IMG/VR virus record: IMGVR_UViG_3300021961_000037
Span: 50,095-114,094 of that record
Reading direction: 5' to 3' (one strand)
Length of the DNA stretch: 64,000 nucleotides
From: a virus
Both the position numbers and the translations under genes were made by a program. Positions 19,101-28,217 of this stretch are shown one piece after another. Each line of letters starts with the position of its first letter. The first letter of the stretch is position 1. The notes under the pieces were generated by a model. That model saw only the letters and a list, made by a program, of their open reading frames with translations. It was not told where the DNA came from and did no database searches.

Positions 19101-21917
19101 TCCCGAACTATCTCGTTGGGTGGAGACCTTTCGGGTTCTGCTTCCTTCAATGGTTCTGCGGACGTAACCATCACCGCAACGATTGGTGCCGACTCGGTTG
19201 CCCTTGGAACTGACACCACTGGCAATTACGTTCAGAATCTTGTCGCTGGTACGGGAATAACACTCACCAACAACACCGGTGAAGGTGCAACCCCAACGGT
19301 TGCTGTCACCGCAAACACATACGAAGCATTCGGTGCAGTTGCCACCCACGAATCAGACACAACCAACATTCACGGTATAACGGACACTGCCGCCCTTGTC
19401 ACTTTGGCTGGGACACAGACCCTCACCAACAAGACGCTTACCAGTCCAGTCATCACTGGTGTGTCTCCGCAAATAACCCTTGCTGGAGATTTGACTGGCT
19501 CAGTAACCCTGACCGACCTTGGCAACGGAACGCTTACGGCAACGATTGCCGCCAACTCCGTTGCTCTCGGCACAGACACAACGGGCAACTATGTAAACGA
19601 TGTAACGGCAGGTACGGGCGTCACAGTCACTCATACACCAGGTGAAGGCTCCAGCCCAACAATTGCAATTGGTCAGGCAGTTGGAACAACAAGCGACGTT
19701 ACCTTCAACACAGTTACAGCCGACTTGACGGGTGATGTAACTGGAAATGCAGATACCGCAACGACCCTTGCCGCTGCGCGGACGATTTCACTTGGTGGTG
19801 ACCTGAGTGGCTCGGCATCCTTTAACGGCTCGTCGGATGTAACAATCACGGCGACCATTGGTGCAGACTCCGTAACCCTCGGCACAGACACCACAGGAAA
19901 CTACGTCAACGACGTAACGGCTGGCACTGGCGTAACTGTTACTCACACCCCAGGAGAAGGTTCGAGCCCGACCGTGGCAATCGGTCAGGCAGTGGCCACA
20001 TCGGACAGCCCAACATTTGCAGGTGCAACTCTTGATGCAGTCCAAATTGGAATCACTGCTGCTGGAGAGATTGACACATCTTCTGGCAATCTCACAATTG
20101 ACTCTGCTGGCGGAACCGTAACGGTTGACGACAACCTGATTGTTTCTGGCGACCTCACCGTTTCTGGAACTACAACGACGGTAAATACCGAGACAATCAA
20201 TTTGGCTGACAACATCATCACGCTCAACAGCAATGAAACTGGCACCCCAAGCCAAAACGCTGGTCTTGAGGTTGAGCGTGGCACCTCAACAAATGTGCAA
20301 CTACGTTGGAATGAGACCAGCGACAAGTGGGAACTTTCCGAAGACGGTTCTAATTACTATGACATCGCTACCGAGGCATATGTTGATGGACAGACAATCA
20401 CATCGCTGGATGACGTAGGTGATGTAACAATCACCTCTGCCACATCTGGGGATTTCCTAAAGTGGAACGGTACGGCATGGGTCAATGACCCAGTGAACTT
20501 GGGTACGGATACGACTGGAGACTATGTCGGTTCGCTCGTCGCTGGCACTGGTGTTACCCTCACGAATAACTCCGGAGAAGGCGCAACACCGACCGTAGCA
20601 ATCGGTCAAGCGGTTGGCACGACAGACAACGTCACATTCAACAGCGTTACCGCCAGTCTCACGGGCAATGCAGATACTGCAACCACGCTGGCAACTTCAC
20701 GAACGATTGCCCTCGGCGGAGATTTGTCTGGTTCGGCATCGTTTGACGGCTCGGCAAACATCACCATCACTGCAACGATTGGTGCAGATTCAGTTGCCCT
20801 CGGAACGGACACCACCGGGAACTACATGGAGGATGTCTCGGCTGGAACGGGCATCTCGGTCACCCACACGCCAAGTGAGGGTTCCACGGCAACGGTTGCA
20901 CTCAACGCAACGTTGGACAACCTGAGCAATGTAAACGCCCCCGCACCTTCGGATGGTCAGTTCCTCAAGTACGTCTCTGCCTCGTCCGAATGGCAACCAG
21001 CGGCAATCCCCACCATCAACAACCTTGACGATGTCGGCGATGTAAACATCACGTCCGCAACATCGGGCGATTTCTTGAAGTGGAACGGGTCTGCGTGGGT
21101 TAACGACCCAGTAAACCTTGGAACCGATACAACAGGCGATTATGTGCAATCACTGGTCGCTGGAACCGGTATCTCTCTTGCGAATAACTCTGGCGAAGGT
21201 GCGACACCGACGGTAACGCTGAACGCAGCGATTGATGACCTTTCCGATGTGTCTGCGGCAGCCCCAACGAGCGGAGATGTTCTTTCGTGGAACGGGTCAG
21301 CATGGGTGTCGTCTGCACCATCAAGCGGCGCATCACTCACGGTTTCTGCGACAGCACCGTCGTCACCGTCCGAAGGGGACATGTGGTTTGAGTCCGATAC
21401 GGGTCGCACGTACGTGTACTACGACAGCGCATGGGTGGAAATCGGAGCCATTTCCGCAGGGTCGCGTGTCTCTATTTCTGCAAATGCACCGTCCAACCCG
21501 ACGGCTGGAGACACATGGTTTGACTCAGATACTGCCCAAACCTTCATCTATTACGACAGCCAGTGGATTGAAATTGGTGCCTCGGCAATGGCTGCCACCA
21601 TTGCCGGAACCGCCCCAAGCAATGCGATTGGCGGTCAAATATGGTTTGACTCCAACACAGGCGGCACCTATGTCTATTTCAACTCCACATGGGTGGAGGT
21701 TGGCGCATCTGCCCTTGACACGCTCCTCAACACGATTGAGGCAAAGGGCGACATCCTCGTTGGAACTGCAGACAATGCGGTAGACAACCTGACGGTTGGC
21801 TCCAACGGGCAGATTCTCGTGGCAGACTCGGCAGAGGCAACTGGTCTAAAATGGGAAACGCCAAACTACGCGTCAACAGGTAAAGCCATCGCAATGGCAA
21901 TCGTCTTCGGAGGATAA
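16122..21917 (+). CDS. Long repetitive tail fibre protein (1931 aa)
   Basis: Many 'LGTDTTGNY...GEGxTPT.AIGQ', 'GNADTAT.L..ARTI.L.GDLSGSASF.G' and 'LDDVGDV.ITS..SG.FLKWNG..WVN' repeats; five 'APS.P..GD.W' modules. Confidence 0.85.
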   Translation: MAQKFTVPITIKQLASAGSDALTVFVNGEVYGRVKIEAGGRLSWSDGTGVYDTNLYRDGANTLATDDIFKALTALVSPTTNGAPSVSVPDGAIAVDNTNNRLYFRSNSTWRVVEGGATVSATAPSNPLEGALWFDTSDDTLYIRQGSAWVVAGGGGASVEVGATAPSSPSEGDMWWDSNLLELFIYYSSAWVQVTPSSEYFDLADLGDVSSTPPTNGQVLVFNNSTGEYEPTTLSTSSSLDGLTDTTLTSPTSGEFLKYNGSAWVNDAIDLGTDTTGNYVSDVSGGTGVTVTHTPGEGSTPSVAIGQDVGTTADVTFNTVTADLTGNADTATALQTSRTIELTGDVTGSASFDGTANATLSVTISSDSVALGTDTTGDYVQNLVAGTGVTLGANSGEGATPSIAIGQDVGTTADVTFNTVTADLTGDVTGNADTATSLETARTISLGGDLSGSASFNGTADVTITATVQPDSIALGTDTTGNYMSGVTAGTGISVTHTPGEGSNATIALDADLSSLGDITVTSPEQYQTLVYDGSEFINEYPTTVSNVQNAETTTLTVGTVVYLFGGTGDRASVKRADNSSDTTSSKTVGVVASSINSSANGPVVTRGYVNGINLSSGYAAGDILWLGSNGQFTATKPSTPDHLVFVGVVVRATNNGIVYVATQNGYELEELHDVKVSSLANKDVLVWNSASAVWVNGQINLGTDTVGDYVQNLVAGTGVTITDNSGEGTTPTVAIGQDVSTSASVLFAEVETTGDFTVGGDLFVTGTLTTVNETNLAIEDTFIYLNDGSTVTNPDLGIVGNYNDGTYAHSGVFRDATDGKWKFFDSYTPEPTDPINTGHASYAPAPVVAETFESTVSTGTAPFTVSSTTEVTNLHADTASSLHTARNISLGGDIAGSASFDGSGDVTITATVQANSVALGTDTTGNYMVDIAEGTGVTITHTPGEASTGTIAIGQDVGTTADVTFNTVTADVTGDLTGNVTGNADTATTLQTSRTISLGGDLSGSASFNGSADVTITATIGADSVALGTDTTGNYVQNLVAGTGITLTNNTGEGATPTVAVTANTYEAFGAVATHESDTTNIHGITDTAALVTLAGTQTLTNKTLTSPVITGVSPQITLAGDLTGSVTLTDLGNGTLTATIAANSVALGTDTTGNYVNDVTAGTGVTVTHTPGEGSSPTIAIGQAVGTTSDVTFNTVTADLTGDVTGNADTATTLAAARTISLGGDLSGSASFNGSSDVTITATIGADSVTLGTDTTGNYVNDVTAGTGVTVTHTPGEGSSPTVAIGQAVATSDSPTFAGATLDAVQIGITAAGEIDTSSGNLTIDSAGGTVTVDDNLIVSGDLTVSGTTTTVNTETINLADNIITLNSNETGTPSQNAGLEVERGTSTNVQLRWNETSDKWELSEDGSNYYDIATEAYVDGQTITSLDDVGDVTITSATSGDFLKWNGTAWVNDPVNLGTDTTGDYVGSLVAGTGVTLTNNSGEGATPTVAIGQAVGTTDNVTFNSVTASLTGNADTATTLATSRTIALGGDLSGSASFDGSANITITATIGADSVALGTDTTGNYMEDVSAGTGISVTHTPSEGSTATVALNATLDNLSNVNAPAPSDGQFLKYVSASSEWQPAAIPTINNLDDVGDVNITSATSGDFLKWNGSAWVNDPVNLGTDTTGDYVQSLVAGTGISLANNSGEGATPTVTLNAAIDDLSDVSAAAPTSGDVLSWNGSAWVSSAPSSGASLTVSATAPSSPSEGDMWFESDTGRTYVYYDSAWVEIGAISAGSRVSISANAPSNPTAGDTWFDSDTAQTFIYYDSQWIEIGASAMAATIAGTAPSNAIGGQIWFDSNTGGTYVYFNSTWVEVGASALDTLLNTIEAKGDILVGTADNAVDNLTVGSNGQILVADSAEATGLKWETPNYASTGKAIAMAIVFGG

Positions 21918-21920
21918 TTT

Positions 21921-22274
21921 ATGACAGCACCAAACATCGTCGGAGTCACGACCATAACGGGAAAGACGGCAGTCCTTGTCGTCACCACGAGTGCGACGGC
22001 TATTGTGGAGAACACAGCATCAAGCGGCAAAGTGTTCAAGGTGAACGCTTTGTATGTTTCCAACGTCGACGGAACGAATGCAGCAGATGTGAATGTTGAT
22101 ATTTACCGTTCTTCTACGGCATACCACATCGCCAAGACGGTTTCAGTTCCCGCAGATGCAACATTGGATGTGATTGCCAAGTCCATTTACCTTGAGGAAG
22201 GTGATGCCCTGCGCCTCACGGCAAACGCAAACTCCGACCTTGAGGCGGTCTGCTCTTACGAAGAGATTAGTTAG
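21921..22274 (+). CDS. ~115-aa fibre-tip adaptor (type 1)
   Basis: Beta-rich small protein between the fibre and a Gly-rich protein; same position as 23865, 27876, 32286 and 37496. Confidence 0.6.
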   Translation: MTAPNIVGVTTITGKTAVLVVTTSATAIVENTASSGKVFKVNALYVSNVDGTNAADVNVDIYRSSTAYHIAKTVSVPADATLDVIAKSIYLEEGDALRLTANANSDLEAVCSYEEIS

Positions 22275-22276
22275 TC

Positions 22277-23146
22277 ATGGCGCAAATAGGCGGGATTATC
22301 GGTCCGAAGAAATCAGTAAGCATTTCTGAAGCATCCGGTGTTTGGAGCCTGGGTTTTGCCCAAAAAGAGCGAGGCGCTTCAAACTGGCCCACCTTTATTC
22401 CACAAATCAATGTTGAGTATTTAGTTATTGCTGGAGGTGGCAGCGGCGGACCAGGCGGTGGTGGAGAACGTGGTGGTGGAGGCGCTGGTGGTTACAGAAA
22501 TTCGGTTAGCGGTGAATTATCTGGTAGAAACTCGGCTGCGGAATCGCCACTAACTTTTGGTGCTGGAACATACACAGTCACGATTGGTGCTGGTGGTGCT
22601 GGTGGAAGCGGTATTCATAATAACGGAAACAATTCCGTTTTCCATACAATAACCTCCATTGGCGGTGGAAGAGGTGACTCTGGTGGCGGTGGACAAAACG
22701 TTGGAAGCGGTGGCTCAGGAGGAGGTGGTGGCGGTGCGGGGACTGCTGGACAAGGATTCAATGGAGGCACATCAATAAACAACTCTTCTGGCGGTGGTGG
22801 TGGCGGCGCAGGTGGCGCTGGAGGAAATGCCCCATCTGGAGTTGGTGGAGCAGGCTTGGCATCTTCAATAACTGGAACTTCTGTTGGTAGGGCAGGTGGA
22901 GGTGGTGCTGGAAATCCCAACTCTAATGGAGGAGGAAGTGGTGGTGGAAATGGCAATGTCAGCGGAACCGCCAATACAGGCGGAGGCGGAGGCGGCGCTG
23001 GTGGAAGCGGCGGCTCTGGAATCGTTATTGTTAGGTATTTGACCTCGGAAGCATCATGGGCATCGGTGACTGGTGGGACTGTAACTACTTCAGGCTCCTA
23101 CACAGTTCACACATTCACCACCAGCGGCACGCTAAGCATTTCGTAG
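22277..23146 (+). CDS. Glycine-rich putative adhesin
   Basis: 'VEYLVIAGGG...TVTIGAGG...GGSGIVIVRY...HTFTTSG' architecture. Confidence 0.7.
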   Translation: MAQIGGIIGPKKSVSISEASGVWSLGFAQKERGASNWPTFIPQINVEYLVIAGGGSGGPGGGGERGGGGAGGYRNSVSGELSGRNSAAESPLTFGAGTYTVTIGAGGAGGSGIHNNGNNSVFHTITSIGGGRGDSGGGGQNVGSGGSGGGGGGAGTAGQGFNGGTSINNSSGGGGGGAGGAGGNAPSGVGGAGLASSITGTSVGRAGGGGAGNPNSNGGGSGGGNGNVSGTANTGGGGGGAGGSGGSGIVIVRYLTSEASWASVTGGTVTTSGSYTVHTFTTSGTLSIS

Positions 23147-23200
23147 GTTTTAGTACTATGTTCTATAATGTAAGCACAAACATCACAGGAGAGTAAAGAA

Positions 23201-23569
23201 ATGGCTCATTTTGCCCAAATCAACGCCGACAACGTGGTGACACAGGTAATCGTCGTTTCCAACGATGATTGCGCTGGTGGCGACTATCCGACAAGCGACG
23301 CACCAGGTGCGGCATTCTGCAACAACCTGCTCGGCGGCACGTGGAAACAAACCTCGTATAACGGGAACTTCCGCAAGCGCTATGCAGGAATCGGTTACAC
23401 ATTCAATGCCGACCTTGATGCATTCATTGCCCCACAGCCCTACCCCTCTTGGACGCTGAACGAAGAAACTGCCGACTGGGAAGCACCTGTTGCACGACCA
23501 GCAGAAGGCATGTGGACGTGGAATGAAGCAAATCAGGAGTGGGATGAAGTCGCATCGACAGGGGTGTAA
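23201..23569 (+). CDS. Adhesin-associated small protein (chaperone-like)
   Basis: 'MAHFA..NVVTQVIVV', 'RYAGIGYT', 'APQPYPSW'; related to 33599; AGGAG RBS. Confidence 0.6.
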   Translation: MAHFAQINADNVVTQVIVVSNDDCAGGDYPTSDAPGAAFCNNLLGGTWKQTSYNGNFRKRYAGIGYTFNADLDAFIAPQPYPSWTLNEETADWEAPVARPAEGMWTWNEANQEWDEVASTGV

Positions 23570-23572
23570 CCC

Positions 23573-23842
23573 ATGGCGCTTTCGTTCCCTGCTAATCCTT
23601 CGGTAAACGACACATACACGGAGGGAAGCCGTTCCTGGAAATGGAACGGCACAAAGTGGGAACTTGTTATCAGCACACTTGTTGCTGGTTCGGTATCTAC
23701 TGCTGAGATAAACAACGGCGCTGTTACTACGGCAAAACTCGCCGATGGTGCTGTGACCGCAGTCAAACTTGGTCCTGGTATTGGTGGCGGTCTTGACACC
23801 GAGGCTGAGGGTGCGATTTCAATAATGGATATAGGTTCATAA
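23573..23842 (+). CDS. Short branch fibre (FPxxP...WxWxG anchor; ends 'IMDIGS')
   Basis: N-terminal motif shared with 27495, 31840 and 35158. Confidence 0.65.
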   Translation: MALSFPANPSVNDTYTEGSRSWKWNGTKWELVISTLVAGSVSTAEINNGAVTTAKLADGAVTAVKLGPGIGGGLDTEAEGAISIMDIGS

Positions 23843-23864
23843 TTAAGAGAGCGGAGTAGATGTT

Positions 23865-24200
23865 ATGGCGATTTCAAGAACAGAAACAAGACTGGGCGGT
23901 CCTACTTCGCTCGGTACCTCTACGACCGCAATTTGTTCTGCCAGTGCAGGCGTAACGGAGGTCATCAAGCAGTTGCTCATCTGCAATACGGATACTGTTG
24001 AGCGCACTTTTAGTCTCGCCATCGGTACTGCGGCGACGGCTACGAACCGTTTCTTTTCCGCCATGCCGATTGGCGCGAATGACACGATTGTTTTGGATAC
24101 TGCGATAGTTCTTGCTCCAACGGAAACACTTGAGGGTTTGGCTGATACGGCAAGCAAGGTCGTTGTTACTGCTCTTGGCTGGGAAAAGACGACTACCTGA
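23865..24200 (+). CDS. Fibre-tip adaptor (type 2)
   Basis: 'TETRLGGPT'; close paralogue of 27876. Confidence 0.65.
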   Translation: MAISRTETRLGGPTSLGTSTTAICSASAGVTEVIKQLLICNTDTVERTFSLAIGTAATATNRFFSAMPIGANDTIVLDTAIVLAPTETLEGLADTASKVVVTALGWEKTTT

Positions 24201-25231
24201 TGGCTCTTTCTGCTGGTCTCGGCGCAGGCGGTAATCGACCTGGTGTTTGCACTAGCAGTACTCGCCCTGCTTCGCCCTATCTCGGGCAGACAATTTTTGA
24301 GACTGACACCAACAAAATGAAAGTTTGGTTAGGTTCAAATTGGTCATCTGGTACTGCACATACCACACCATTCGCAGTTGAATACCTTGTGGTTGCTGGC
24401 GGTGCTGGCGGTGGCTACACCCATGGTGGTGGTGGCGGTGCTGGCGGTTATAGGTCGTCGGTTTCTGGTGAGTCATCTGGTGGAGGTGGTTCAGCAGAAA
24501 CAACATTGGCTTTAGATTTGGGAACATACACCGTCACCGTAGGTGCTGGCGGAGCGGCTGGAACAACCTCCAATGCGACTGGTGTAAATGGTTCTAATTC
24601 GGTTTTTTCCTCTATTACTTCTACTGGTGGTGGTTACGGAAACAGTTACAACAACAGCCCTGCAAATGGAAACTCTGGTGGTTCTGGCGGTGGCGGTGCT
24701 GGTGCCAATACCGCTGGCAACGGTGGTGCAGGAACGTCAAGCCAGGGCTATGCAGGTGGTAACGCAAGTTCTAATGGTACGGCAGGTAACGGCGGCGGTG
24801 GTGGTGGTGCTGGTGCTGTTGGTGCTAATGCTACTGGTGCTATAGGGACGGGTTCTGCTGGTAATGGTGGTGATGGTGTGAGTTCTTCCATCAACGGTAC
24901 GGCTACCACTCGTGCTGGTGGTGGTGGTGGTGGTAGATGGAGTTCAGGAACTTTTGGTTCTGGTGGTTCTGGCGGTGGCGGGCGTGGAGGGTATCCATCG
25001 AATGTTGCAACTGCTGGAACGGCAAATACGGGTAGCGGTGGCGGTGGCGGTGGTGACGGCGATACGCCTGTCGGCGGTGCGGGTGGTTCTGGAATCGTTA
25101 TTATTCGCTATTTGACTGCCGATGCAAGCGGCTACACAGTCACAGGCGGAACAAAAGTGGTTGGTCCAACTGGAGCAACCTCTTACACCGTTCACACATT
25201 CACATCTAGTGGAAGTTTGGTGATTGCATGA
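24200..25231 (+). CDS. Glycine-rich putative adhesin with PGVCTSSTRP N-terminal module
   Basis: Gly-rich architecture; N-terminal motif shared with 25228, 26105 and 30969. Confidence 0.7.
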   Translation: MALSAGLGAGGNRPGVCTSSTRPASPYLGQTIFETDTNKMKVWLGSNWSSGTAHTTPFAVEYLVVAGGAGGGYTHGGGGGAGGYRSSVSGESSGGGGSAETTLALDLGTYTVTVGAGGAAGTTSNATGVNGSNSVFSSITSTGGGYGNSYNNSPANGNSGGSGGGGAGANTAGNGGAGTSSQGYAGGNASSNGTAGNGGGGGGAGAVGANATGAIGTGSAGNGGDGVSSSINGTATTRAGGGGGGRWSSGTFGSGGSGGGGRGGYPSNVATAGTANTGSGGGGGGDGDTPVGGAGGSGIVIIRYLTADASGYTVTGGTKVVGPTGATSYTVHTFTSSGSLVIA

Positions 25232-25890
25232 CCGTCTCAGCAACAAGCAACGGTCTCCGTCCAGGAGTATGCACCTCAACTAATCGTCCGTCTACGCCGT
25301 TCGACGGAATGGTTATTTATGAGACGGATACGGATTTGGTGAAGGCGTATAACGGTTCGTCATGGGAAACCGTCGGACCTACTACGGCTAGCGGACTTTC
25401 CTATCTCACGGGTGCATCATTTAGCGCGGTGTCGACCGTCAGTTTTGCATCGGGCGTATTCACATCGACGTACCAGAACTATGTAGTGACGCTAAATCTG
25501 ACGGCATCAAGCACAGACCAAGATATTTCAATTCGCGTCAATAACGCTGGTACACCGCGAACCGCCGCAAACTATTACGGTTCCAAAACGACTATCACCG
25601 GCCCGGGTACGTCAACAAATACCGGAACCAATGGCGGAACGTCCCATAACGCTATGCGAACATTAAGCGCATACATAACATTGGGCGCAACTATTCAGGT
25701 TTATTCACCATTGGCAACGGGAACCAATACGTCGTGGACGGTTCAGGCGTTCGGCGCGGAATCAGTTAGCAGCGCAAACATTGTTAGCGGTTGTACGTAC
25801 AACGCACTAGAGGCGCATGATGGTCTAACTTTCGTTGTTGGTGGCACGATTACCGGCAATTACCGCGTGTACGGTATTGCGAACAGTTAG
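25228..25890 (+). CDS. Putative receptor-binding / minor tail protein
   Basis: PGVCTS module plus 'VFTSTYQNY...DGLTF..ITG.Y.VYG'; paralogue of 30969. Confidence 0.6.
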   Translation: MTVSATSNGLRPGVCTSTNRPSTPFDGMVIYETDTDLVKAYNGSSWETVGPTTASGLSYLTGASFSAVSTVSFASGVFTSTYQNYVVTLNLTASSTDQDISIRVNNAGTPRTAANYYGSKTTITGPGTSTNTGTNGGTSHNAMRTLSAYITLGATIQVYSPLATGTNTSWTVQAFGAESVSSANIVSGCTYNALEAHDGLTFVVGGTITGNYRVYGIANS

Positions 25891-25898
25891 GAGTCATC

Positions 25899-26105
25899 AT
25901 GTCTAAACCACTAATCCAAATTGGCGACGAGGTTCGCGAGATGAACGACGCAGAAGTCGCGCAACGGCAACTTGACATTCAGACCGCCGAAGCAGTGAAA
26001 GCAGAAGCAGAAGCGGCAGCCGCTATTCGCCAGTCAGCACTTGCCAAACTTGCCGCTATCGGTCTAACCGACGACGAAATCAACGCAATCGTTGGGGGTG
26101 TCTAA
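25899..26105 (+). CDS. Small helical chaperone-like protein
   Basis: 'REMND..AKLAAIGLTDDEINAIVGGV'; paralogue of 31631. Confidence 0.6.
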   Translation: MSKPLIQIGDEVREMNDAEVAQRQLDIQTAEAVKAEAEAAAAIRQSALAKLAAIGLTDDEINAIVGGV

Positions 26106-27313
26106 TGCCGTTATCTAATGTAATCGGTGCCTCATCCATCCTGAAGCCAGGTGTCTGCACGTCGTCAACTCGCCCTGCCTCCCCGTATGACGGGCAAGTT
26201 ATTTACGAGACAGACACGAACCTGACGCTTGTGTATGAGGGCTCAGAGTGGGCGGTATTGAATCAACAGGTTTTTGGCAGTCGCAACGTGGTTATCAATG
26301 GCGCGATGCAGGTGGCACAACGAGGAACAAGTACGGCGGGCATCACGACAAGCGGCTATTTCACGGCGGATAGGTGGCGAGTGAACTACTCGTCGCTTGG
26401 GACATGGACTCAAAGCGTTGAGAATGATGCGCCGACTGGTTCGGGTCTGCGCCAATCGCTAAAAATGCTTTGTACTACGGCTAATGCCGCACCTGCGGCA
26501 GGTGATGTTCTATTTATGCAGTACCGATTTGAGGGTCAAAATGTGCAACAGTTTCTCAAAGGAACTGCGTCAGCCAAATCTTTCATGCTGACGTTCTGGG
26601 TCAAATCAAATGTGACGGGAACTTTTATTGCTGAGGTTGCCGACGTTGACAACACTCGCCAAGTTTCCAAGTCATACACGATTTCGGCTTCGGAAACTTG
26701 GGAAAAGAAAACCATTGATTTCGGCGCAGACACAACGGGTGTGTTTGATAACGATAATGCTGGTTCGCTGTTTCTGAACTTTCACATGGGCGCAGGAACC
26801 AATTACACATCAGGAACACTAAACACGAATTGGGCAACAACCGTTACCGCAAACCGTGTTATCGGTCAAGTCAATGTCGCCGCCGCCACGAACAATTATT
26901 TCCAAATCACTGGTGTTCAGTTGGAAGCAGGTTCGGTGGCGACACCGTTTGAGTTTGAGGACTACGGAACGACACTTGCCAAATGCCAGCGGTACTACTG
27001 GCGACTTGTTGAAGGTTCAGGAGCCGAAAGAATCTCTGTTGCCGCAGCGCACAGTTCGTCTGATGCGAGAGCCGTAATAACATTTCCAACCACTATGCGA
27101 ACGAGTCCCACCCTAGAAATCGCAACTGGTGCCTACTATTCGTTTGAAAGAAACAATGCAGACGACGACATTACGAGCCTCACAATAGCCCAGGCTTCAA
27201 AAAGCAGTTGTTTGATTTACAACAACACGGAAATATCCTCAACCGCAGGACACGCTGGTAATTTTCGTGCAACCAGCGCATCTGCAAGACTATCGTTTAC
27301 TGCGGAACTGTGA
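26105..27313 (+). CDS. Putative receptor-binding protein with carbohydrate-binding-like domain
   Basis: 'RNVVINGAMQVAQRG..ADRW', 'ITGVQLEAGSVATPFE...LAKCQRYY'. Confidence 0.7.
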   Translation: MPLSNVIGASSILKPGVCTSSTRPASPYDGQVIYETDTNLTLVYEGSEWAVLNQQVFGSRNVVINGAMQVAQRGTSTAGITTSGYFTADRWRVNYSSLGTWTQSVENDAPTGSGLRQSLKMLCTTANAAPAAGDVLFMQYRFEGQNVQQFLKGTASAKSFMLTFWVKSNVTGTFIAEVADVDNTRQVSKSYTISASETWEKKTIDFGADTTGVFDNDNAGSLFLNFHMGAGTNYTSGTLNTNWATTVTANRVIGQVNVAAATNNYFQITGVQLEAGSVATPFEFEDYGTTLAKCQRYYWRLVEGSGAERISVAAAHSSSDARAVITFPTTMRTSPTLEIATGAYYSFERNNADDDITSLTIAQASKSSCLIYNNTEISSTAGHAGNFRATSASARLSFTAEL

Positions 27314-27495
27314 TGAGAAAATATTACAAACAATCCATTATTGGCGGAGTATGGTCAATTTGGTATGAGGAAAACGGTTTTCGTTACTCTTTCACCGAAA
27401 CAAATTCCGAAAACGCCGACTATCAGGCGTACCTTGCGTGGGTTGCTGAAGGCAACACCGCAGAAGAATGGCAACCAGACGGCGGAGGTGAATAA
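27310..27495 (+). CDS. Small fibre chaperone-like protein
   Basis: 'NADYQAYLAWVAEGNT' motif; directly follows the CQRYY-type protein. Confidence 0.55.
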   Translation: MMRKYYKQSIIGGVWSIWYEENGFRYSFTETNSENADYQAYLAWVAEGNTAEEWQPDGGGE

Positions 27496-27872
27496 TGGCT
27501 ATTGATTTCCCCAACTCCCCCACGAACGGTGACCTGTTCTCTGCTGGTGGAAAGAACTGGCAGTACAACGGAACCGCTTGGGTTCTTCTAGGCATCATCC
27601 CCAACGTAAGACTTCTTGACGACGTAGGTGACGTAACAATCACCTCAGCAACATCTGGGGACTTCCTCAAATGGAACGGCTCTGCATGGGTCAATGACAC
27701 TATTCCGACCATCAACAACTTGAACGACGTGGGTGACGTAACGATTACATCTGCCGCTTCCGGAGAGTTTCTCAAATGGAACGGAAGCGCATGGGTCAAT
27801 GCCGTCGCTTCCACGGATGTCATGACAGACACCAAGAATGCGGCAATAATCACCATGGATATAGGAGCGTAA
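27495..27872 (+). CDS. Short branch fibre (FPxSP anchor, two LDDVGDV repeats, ends 'TMDIGA')
   Basis: Motifs shared with 23573 and 16122. Confidence 0.7.
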   Translation: MAIDFPNSPTNGDLFSAGGKNWQYNGTAWVLLGIIPNVRLLDDVGDVTITSATSGDFLKWNGSAWVNDTIPTINNLNDVGDVTITSAASGEFLKWNGSAWVNAVASTDVMTDTKNAAIITMDIGA

Positions 27873-27875
27873 GTT

Positions 27876-28214
27876 ATGGCAGTTGGCGACAGGACAGAGA
27901 CACGGCTTGGCGGACCCACACAGTTGGGTACGTCGACCACGACGGTTTGCACGGCTGCGTCAGGTTACGCAGAAATAATCAAGCAAATCATCATCACGAA
28001 CACTGACACGGTGGACCGCACGTTCAGTCTTGCCATTGGCTCGGCTGCAACGGCGGCAAACAGAATCATTTCTCAGTTGCCCATTGGCGCCAACGACATA
28101 ATGGTCTTGGACACTGCTTTGGTGTTGAATGCCACGGAAACCCTTGAGGGTCTTGCTGATGCTGCGAGCGTCGTGAATGTCACGGCGATTGGCTGGGAAA
28201 AGCAGGTTTCGTAA
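27876..28214 (+). CDS. Fibre-tip adaptor (type 2)
   Basis: Close paralogue of 23865. Confidence 0.65.
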   Translation: MAVGDRTETRLGGPTQLGTSTTTVCTAASGYAEIIKQIIITNTDTVDRTFSLAIGSAATAANRIISQLPIGANDIMVLDTALVLNATETLEGLADAASVVNVTAIGWEKQVS

Positions 28215-28217
28215 ACC

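Noticed and set aside
16900-21300. CRISPR-like or non-coding repeat array
   Set aside because: The repeats are in-frame, synonymously diverged protein repeats with no constant repeat-spacer pattern
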